Source of the DNA: an uncultured Alphaproteobacteria bacterium
Lineage (GTDB): Bacteria; Pseudomonadota; Alphaproteobacteria; Rhizobiales; Hyphomicrobiaceae
Reading direction: 5' to 3'
DNA length: 64,000 bases
Assembly (NCBI GenBank): GCA_963831185.1
Contig: CAWHPE010000008.1
Coordinates: forward strand, 13,642 to 77,641
Below the pieces are notes generated by a model. It was not told where the DNA came from. It made no database searches and saw only the letters and a list, made by a program, of their open reading frames with translations. This document shows positions 57,824 to 64,000 of this stretch, in pieces. Position numbers and translations under genes: made by a program. How positions within the stretch are numbered: the first letter of the stretch is position 1; the number at the start of each line of letters is the position of its first letter.

Positions 57824-59161
57824 ATGGCCAACGATCCCCACGACGGTCCCGGCAATGATCGCACCGGCGAAGCAACTGCCGTCCCTGCCGAGATTGCAAC
57901 CGAAACGGTGGTGAGCAGCAGTTTGCCTAAGCCTAGCAAGTGGGCCATCTGGTTCATTTTCATCACGATCACCATCGATATGATTGGCATCGGTCTGGTG
58001 CTGCCGGTCCTGCCGCGGCTGATTAGCGATGTCTCAGGCGCCGATTTGGCAGGTGCTTCGGTAATCTACGGCCTTCTGTTTGTGGCCTATGGCGGCTGCC
58101 AATTCTTGTTTGGTCCTGCCATCGGCAATCTGTCGGACGCGGTCGGCCGCCGGCCAGTGCTGTTATTGTCGTTGCTCGGGCTCGGCGTTGACTATCTGTT
58201 GACCGCACTCGCGCCCACCCTATTCTGGTTGTTTGTTGGCCGCATCGTCGCTGGCATCTGCGGCGCGTCCTACGTAACAGCCAACGCCTACCTCGCCGAC
58301 ATCACAAAACCAGAAGAGCGTGCACAGGCCTTCGGCTTGATGGGCGCCGCGTTCGGTATTGGCTTTGTTATCGGACCGGCTATCGGCGGTCTGCTTGGCA
58401 CCTTCGGTCCGCGCGTTCCGTTCTTCGTCGCGGCTGCATTCTCTCTAGCCAATGTCGCCTTCGGCTATTTCGTATTGCCGGAATCCTTGCCGCAGGAGAA
58501 CCGCCGTTCCTTCGACTGGCGTCGCGCCAACCCGCTCGGCACGCTCCGCGTGTTCGCACGCTATCGCGGCGTCGTTCCGCTGGCCGTCGCCATGTTCGCA
58601 TTTTTCTTCGCTGGTTCTGTTTATCAGGCGATCTGGACGTTCTGGGGTATCGCGCGCTTCGGCTGGAGCGAGGCTACCATTGGTCTGACCTTAGCCGCAT
58701 TCGGTATTTCGACCGCGTTCACACAGGGGTTCTTGACTGGGCCAGCAGTGCGGCGTTTCGGCGAGTGGTGGACGATGGTGCTGGGTCTCACGATGTCGTT
58801 GATTGCAACAATCGGTTACGGTTTCGCGCCCGGTCTACTGGTTGTTCTCGCCTTGCTCGTTGTCCATGCTCCAGAAGGGTTCGTGCACCCAGCCATGACC
58901 GCTCTCATGTCGGCGGAGGCGCCAGCAGACGCACAAGGCGAGCTGCAAGGTGGTCTCAGCAGTCTGCAAAGTCTGGCGCTAATGCTGGGGACTTTGTTTT
59001 TCTCGCAGATCTTCGGTTATTTCATGCAGCCGGCGGCGGTGATTGTTTCCCCGAGCATCGCGTATTTTGTTGCCGCTGCTTTGATTGGCTTGACGCTCCT
59101 CGGCGTGATTGCAACCGGTAGACCCAGCAAAAGTGACCATGGAAGCCAATTGAAGGCGTAG
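57824..59161 (+). CDS. MFS transporter, TetA/TCR-like
   Basis: GPAIGNLSDAVGRRPVLLLSL motif A, 12 TM segments. AGGAG lies upstream of ATG 57824. Confidence 0.8.
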   Translation: MANDPHDGPGNDRTGEATAVPAEIATETVVSSSLPKPSKWAIWFIFITITIDMIGIGLVLPVLPRLISDVSGADLAGASVIYGLLFVAYGGCQFLFGPAIGNLSDAVGRRPVLLLSLLGLGVDYLLTALAPTLFWLFVGRIVAGICGASYVTANAYLADITKPEERAQAFGLMGAAFGIGFVIGPAIGGLLGTFGPRVPFFVAAAFSLANVAFGYFVLPESLPQENRRSFDWRRANPLGTLRVFARYRGVVPLAVAMFAFFFAGSVYQAIWTFWGIARFGWSEATIGLTLAAFGISTAFTQGFLTGPAVRRFGEWWTMVLGLTMSLIATIGYGFAPGLLVVLALLVVHAPEGFVHPAMTALMSAEAPADAQGELQGGLSSLQSLALMLGTLFFSQIFGYFMQPAAVIVSPSIAYFVAAALIGLTLLGVIATGRPSKSDHGSQLKA

Positions 59162-59436
59162 ATGAGCTACGGCGGCTTACAGCTTTTGATCCAGTTGCTC
59201 GTCCACATCATTCGTCGCGATCATTGTTCAGCGGTCGGCCCTCAATCTTGCCGATCTCGCGATGTCGCTCGAAATTGCGGAGCATTGGCCTGAACACGCC
59301 GCCACGCTTTGTCAGTCTTCTGACCGGTGCGGCAACCGTTTTTGTCTTATCGGTCGCAACTCCGTTTCAGGATGGCAGCGACCACATCAATACCCACGCC
59401 GCTTGATGCAACGTGATGTACACTTCGGCTCGTAAC

Positions 59437-60009
59437 TCAGCGCGCGGCTTGCTGCTGTTTGCGCATGTGCGCCACCCAGGCATTCACCACTTGCAGCATG
59501 CCCTTGCGCACCATGCCGCCGTTGTTGACGTAGGTGACGACAGGCCAAGACAACACACGGCTCACGCCTTCGACATTTGCCATGCCCGGTGTCGCTTCGA
59601 TCGCTTCCCCGCCCTTGAACACAACGCGCGGCGCAAACGTCCCTTTGATCGGAGTGACGGCAATGTCTTTTCGCAGTTGTGTTGTCACCTCGCACGCGAC
59701 CGGTTGCGGTGGTGCTTGAAAGATATGATCCGGCTGCTTCAGCACGGACATCACCATGGCGCGATCGATGCGGATGGAAACGGTGCAGGTCGCGTTCTTG
59801 AGATACCCTTTGGTCTGCTTCTCGAGTTCCGCCCGCTCGGCCGCAGAAGGGATGACCGGAAAATCACAAACGATCTCAGTCGATGTCCCGCGCTGCAGAT
59901 CCTCGAAACAATCCTTCACGTCCGCCGCCTGCGCAGATGGCGTCCAGCTTGAGACGCACGCGGCACCCAGCAGGAGCCCAATGGTTAGAAGACGTGAGAA
60001 AGTCGTCAT
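59437..60009 (-). CDS. Secreted hypothetical protein
   Basis: Signal peptide MTTFSRLLTIGLLLGAACVSSWTPSAQA. I recognise no domain. Confidence 0.6.
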   Translation of the reverse strand: MTTFSRLLTIGLLLGAACVSSWTPSAQAADVKDCFEDLQRGTSTEIVCDFPVIPSAAERAELEKQTKGYLKNATCTVSIRIDRAMVMSVLKQPDHIFQAPPQPVACEVTTQLRKDIAVTPIKGTFAPRVVFKGGEAIEATPGMANVEGVSRVLSWPVVTYVNNGGMVRKGMLQVVNAWVAHMRKQQQAAR

Positions 60010-60174
60010 GTCGCGGGTCCCGCTCCCAAGCACTGACAATAGCGATGCAAAACACGCTCTTCAGATACAACAAATGTGGCCCCACCCAGGCGTGGTTCGC
60101 CCTTGGCCGCAATAAGAGAAGTGCGCCAAGATAGCAATGTCCAGCGCCCATGTGCGCCGTCGAAAAGGCACTCT

Positions 60175-61194
60175 ATGACCCTCACCACGTCGACCTTCAC
60201 AACCCGGGCCGGGCAACACTTGGCGCTCACGGCCTTGGGCCTGGGAACCGCACCCCTTGGCAACATCTTTTCCCCGATACCGGAGGCCGAGGCCGAGGCC
60301 ACCATCGAAGCCGCCTGGGATGCGGGCATCAGGTACTACGACACGGCGCCGCTCTACGGCCGCGGGATCGCCGAGACGCGCCTCAATCGCGTGCTCCGGC
60401 CCAAGCCCCGTGACAGCTTCGTTCTGTCCACCAAAGTCGGCCGCATCATGAAGCGCACCACGCCCGACAATATGGTGGGCCATACGAAATACTTCGGCAC
60501 GCCCGCGCGTGAAGTTGTCTACGATTACACCCGCGACGGCATTCTGCGCTCCGTGGAACACTCCTTCGAGCGGCTGGGGTTGGATCGGTTCGATGCCTTG
60601 TTTATTCACGACATCGATCCCGTGACGCACGGCTCGGTCGAGGTGTCGGAAAAGCATATGCGGGACCTATTCAATTCCGGTCTCAAAGCCTTGGATGAGT
60701 TGCGAGCAAGCGGCGTGACGCGCGCCATCGGAACCGGCCTCAACGTGGCGGAGACAACCGAACGCTTGGTGCGTGACGCCGATCTCGATCTGATCCTGCT
60801 CGCTGGACGCTACACGCTGCTCGAGCAAGGCCCGCTCGCGACATTATTTCCGCTTTGTCAGAAGCGCGGGGTGGGTGTCGTCGCAGCGGGGATCTTTAAT
60901 TCCGGCCTCTTGGCCGGCGGCAACACCTACAACTACGCGGCCGCGCCCGCTGACCTCGTCGCGCGCAAAAACGCCATTGCAGACGTCTGTAAGCGGCACG
61001 GTGTCGAACTTGCACACGCGGCGCTGCAATTTCCGGCCTTCCATCCGGCTGTCGTCACCACAATATTCGGAGCCGTAAAGCCGCACGAAGTCGCAGCAAA
61101 CATCGCCGCGAAATCAACACCTGTGCCAGCGCAGCTTTGGCAGGATCTGAAAGCGGCAGGCCTACTGGCGGCCGACGCGCCGGTCCCTCTCTAA
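60175..61194 (+). CDS. Aldo/keto reductase
   Basis: LGLGTAPLGN, YDTAPLYG and STKVGR motifs. ATG 60175 is preferred over the ORF-track start at 60076. Confidence 0.85.
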   Translation: MTLTTSTFTTRAGQHLALTALGLGTAPLGNIFSPIPEAEAEATIEAAWDAGIRYYDTAPLYGRGIAETRLNRVLRPKPRDSFVLSTKVGRIMKRTTPDNMVGHTKYFGTPAREVVYDYTRDGILRSVEHSFERLGLDRFDALFIHDIDPVTHGSVEVSEKHMRDLFNSGLKALDELRASGVTRAIGTGLNVAETTERLVRDADLDLILLAGRYTLLEQGPLATLFPLCQKRGVGVVAAGIFNSGLLAGGNTYNYAAAPADLVARKNAIADVCKRHGVELAHAALQFPAFHPAVVTTIFGAVKPHEVAANIAAKSTPVPAQLWQDLKAAGLLAADAPVPL

Positions 61195-61230
61195 GATGGA
61201 CCAGCATCGAGGCCGCCCGGCACCGGCGCT

Positions 61231-63081
61231 TTACTCCGCCGCCTTCTGCGCGAGGCCAAATTGCAGCGCGGCCAAACGCGCATAAATGCCGCCCTTCGCC
61301 ACCAGCGTCTCATGCGTGCCGCTCTCGACGATTTGGCCGTTGTCCATCACCAGGATGCGGTCAGCCTTTTGCACGGTCGCCAAGCGGTGCGCGATCACCA
61401 AGGTCGTGCGGCCGCGCATGATACCATCGAGCGCGCGCTGCACCGCCGCTTCGCTTTCCGCATCGAGTGCGCTTGTCGCCTCATCGAGGAGCAGGATCGG
61501 CGCATCGCGCAGGACGGCGCGTGCAATGGCAATGCGCTGGCGTTGGCCGCCGGAGAGGGTCAAGCCGCGTTCGCCGACCTTAGTGTCGAAGCCGTGCGGC
61601 AAGGCGTTGATAAATTCGTCGGCTTCGGCCGCGCGAGCTGCCGCCTCAATGGCTGCGCGCGGAGCGCCTTCTGCCCCATACGCAATGTTGTCAGCCACAC
61701 TGGCTGCAAATAAAGAGATATCTTGCGGCACTACCGCAGTCCGTCGCCGCAGCATCTCCGGATCCACCTGCCGGACATCGATACCGTCCACGCGCACAGT
61801 CCCGTGCGTCGGATCGAAGAACCGCAACAACGCCGAGAACACAGTGCTCTTTCCTGCGCCCGACGCACCCACGATGGCGACGCGTTCACCGGCGCGCACC
61901 TGGAATGAAAGACGATCAAGCGCGCTCGTATCTGGTCGCGACGGATAACTGTAGCTGACATCCTCAAACGCGATCTCGCCGCGTGCAGGCTCCGGCAGCG
62001 TCACCGGCGTCTCAGGAGCCCGGATCGCAGGCTTGATCGCGAGAATTTCCTGCAGCCGCTCTGCCGCACCAGAGGCTTGGCTGAGTTCCCCCCAAACTTC
62101 CGACAGCTCCGCCATCGCGCCGCCCGCAAACAACGCATAGAGGATGAACTGCCCCAAGACGCCACCGCTGAGTTCACCCGCCACGACGCGCGTCGCGCCA
62201 TACCACAAGACGCCGACGACACTCACGACAACCATGAGGATTGTCGTCGCCGTCAGCGCTGCCCGTGACGTCAGACGTTCGCGCGCTGCCTCAAACGCTT
62301 CCTCGCTTGCGGCTGCAAACCGGCCGCCAACCGTCCGCTCGGCAGCCGCAGCCTTAAGCGTGCGAATTGCGCCGAGATTCTCCTGCGCATACGCCGACGC
62401 ATCTGCAAGCACGTCCTGAGCAACGCGTGATTTCTTCTTGACCATCCGCCCTGCAGCCATCAGCGGCAACACGATCGCCGGAATGGCAAGTGCCACAAGG
62501 CTTGTGAGGCTTGCGCTTGTCAGTAGCATCATCGACAGCGCGCCGATCAGCATGATCGTGTTGCGGGATGCTTGGCTCAGCGACGAACCCGACGCGCTCT
62601 TGAGCAGCGTCGTGTCAGCGGTCAACCGGCTCATGATCTCGCCGGAGCGCGTCGTGTCGTAGAAGTCCGGTCCTAACGTCAGCAAGTGCTTGAACACGTC
62701 CCGCCGCAGGTCAGCGACAACACGCTCGCCAAGCCAATTGACGAAATAAAACCGTGCCGCGCTCGCGCAAGCCAGCACCGCACCAATCAAAATAAGGGCG
62801 ATGAACGACTTGTTGATCGACGCCGCACTTGCGCCCGAGAAACCCTCGTCGATCATCCGCCGCACCGCCATGGGCACGGTCAACATAGCAAGTGCTGAAA
62901 CCACCATGGCCACGCCTGCCGCAAGCAGCATCTTGGGGTGTGCGAGGATATAAGGTTTGAGCGCGCTCAGCGGCTTGAGAGACGCGCGCCGCTTGACCTC
63001 GGTCGTGTCCGAAGCCGGGAGACCGGCTGTGGCGGCCGCAGTCACGCTGCCAGCGTCATGACGGGGGTGGGAAGCTGCCAA
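61231..63081 (-). CDS. ABC transporter, fused permease/ATP-binding protein (MsbA/ATM1-like exporter)
   Basis: Six-TM domain, then Walker A GASGAGKST, LSGGQRQRIAIARA and ILLLDEATSALD. The start is uncertain. TTG 63081 has AGGA 6 nt upstream. The ORF-track start at 63360 would run through the groES promoter. Confidence 0.8.
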   Translation of the reverse strand: MAASHPRHDAGSVTAAATAGLPASDTTEVKRRASLKPLSALKPYILAHPKMLLAAGVAMVVSALAMLTVPMAVRRMIDEGFSGASAASINKSFIALILIGAVLACASAARFYFVNWLGERVVADLRRDVFKHLLTLGPDFYDTTRSGEIMSRLTADTTLLKSASGSSLSQASRNTIMLIGALSMMLLTSASLTSLVALAIPAIVLPLMAAGRMVKKKSRVAQDVLADASAYAQENLGAIRTLKAAAAERTVGGRFAAASEEAFEAARERLTSRAALTATTILMVVVSVVGVLWYGATRVVAGELSGGVLGQFILYALFAGGAMAELSEVWGELSQASGAAERLQEILAIKPAIRAPETPVTLPEPARGEIAFEDVSYSYPSRPDTSALDRLSFQVRAGERVAIVGASGAGKSTVFSALLRFFDPTHGTVRVDGIDVRQVDPEMLRRRTAVVPQDISLFAASVADNIAYGAEGAPRAAIEAAARAAEADEFINALPHGFDTKVGERGLTLSGGQRQRIAIARAVLRDAPILLLDEATSALDAESEAAVQRALDGIMRGRTTLVIAHRLATVQKADRILVMDNGQIVESGTHETLVAKGGIYARLAALQFGLAQKAAE

Positions 63082-63311
63082 GGGATGTCCTGCGCTTTGA
63101 ATAAGAGTGGTCGCCGGAGGTATTGCGCCCCGGCAGCGGTTCGGCCCGGACCATTGCTGACGACAGGGGTGCGCCGCAAGTGTCGCTCCGGTCGCAAGCC
63201 GCAACCGGTGCACAGTGTTTGCCGGCAGGGTTTGGTGGGAGCGCATGCAACTCGGGCGCAGTGCAACCCCGGTCGGCAGTAGCCAAAAGACCAATAATTT
63301 CCGCCGTTCGC

Positions 63312-63342
63312 CTTGACAGGCGCCGCATCTCACACCTATATC
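63312..63342 (+). promoter_or_regulatory. groESL promoter (sigma70-like TTGACA..TATATC; also fits the alphaproteobacterial sigma32-type CTTG..CCTATAT)
   Basis: TTGACA at 63313-63318 and TATATC at 63337-63342 (18-nt spacer), immediately upstream of CIRCE. Confidence 0.6.
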
Positions 63343-63353
63343 ACAGTCACTTG

Positions 63354-63380
63354 TTGGCACTCTTGTTTTGTGAGTGCTAA
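63354..63380 (+). promoter_or_regulatory. CIRCE operator (HrcA binding site)
   Basis: TTGGCACTC-N9-GAGTGCTAA, one mismatch to the consensus TTAGCACTC-N9-GAGTGCTAA. Lies 70 nt upstream of groES. Confidence 0.9.
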
Positions 63381-63449
63381 CAGTAGTCCCAAATCCGGTT
63401 TTCGAGGCTGGCGTTCGCCATAAGCCTTTGTTTTGGAGAAGAAAACTAC

Positions 63450-63740
63450 ATGAAATTCCGTCCCCTCCACGACCGCGTGGTCGTAAAGCGTGCAGACGCC
63501 GAGACCAAGTCTTCGGGTGGCATCATCATCCCTGACACTGCCGGCGAAAAGCCCCAGCAGGGTGAAGTCATCTCGGTTGGTCCTGGCGCCCGTGACGAAA
63601 GCGGCAAGCTGGTCCCGCTCGACGTGAAAAAAGGCGACAAGGTTCTGTTCGGCAAATGGTCGGGCACCGAAGTCAAGATCGACGGCAAAGAGCTGCTGAT
63701 CATGAAGGAAAGCGACATCATGGGCATCCTCGACAAATAA
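63450..63740 (+). CDS. groES: Co-chaperonin GroES
   Basis: [14 protein letters not shown]...[32 protein letters not shown]. Confidence 0.97.
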   Translation: MKFRPLHDRVVVKRADAETKSSGGIIIPDTAGEKPQQGEVISVGPGARDESGKLVPLDVKKGDKVLFGKWSGTEVKIDGKELLIMKESDIMGILDK

Positions 63741-63797
63741 GTCGGCCGCCCGTCGTTTCCGAAAATCAAACCTTCCGAATTCAGTCTCAGGAGTTGA

Positions 63798-64000
<203 letters not shown>

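Noticed and set aside
59162-59436. Possible small gene remnant (antitoxin-like ..RNFERHREIGKIEGRPLNNDRDE) in the convergent gap after the TetA-like MFS gene
   Set aside because: Only about 25-45 codons are open, the frames are broken, and there is no partner toxin gene or RBS. Too weak to call.

Overview
Chromosomal segment of an alphaproteobacterium. Gene content and synteny look Hyphomicrobiales/Rhizobiales-like: ctrA with sciP-like and fliJ-like neighbours, clpS-clpA, prfA-prmC, DUF1285-CoA pyrophosphatase-cca, CIRCE-groESL, and a tRNA-His without G-1. GC is roughly 60% by eye. I count about 57 protein genes and 1 tRNA. I saw no rRNA, CRISPR array, transposase, integrase or phage genes. 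Accessory content: (i) At the 5' edge, a truncated ORF is followed by a 1168-aa protein that fuses an AAA-type P-loop domain to a HerA/FtsK-like P-loop domain. This is my best candidate for an uncharacterised, possibly conflict/defence, module, but the window cuts its context. (ii) A LysR gene plus an orphan type I secretion ABC/HlyD pair. (iii) A ~13-kb LysR-linked cluster. It joins a cytoplasmic sulfite-oxidase-fold Mo enzyme to an SdhB-D-C-A-like membrane module, a two-subunit Fe-S hydro-lyase, a ThDP enzyme, DUF3604, two-subunit aconitase X and two TctC/Bug receptors. (iv) A circularly permuted ATP-grasp/alpha-E fusion plus a transglutaminase. (v) A single-gene DUF262-DUF1524 (GmrSD-like) nuclease next to clpA. 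Separately, 12 genes need a 1-nt frame correction to give the conserved protein (13 indels, as the SdhA-like gene needs two; mepA is a possible further case). The affected genes include mnmA, a DD-carboxypeptidase and two transporters. This looks more like assembly indel error than selective gene decay, although five of the indels fall in cluster iii. All family calls come from motif recognition by eye; no database search or computation was run.
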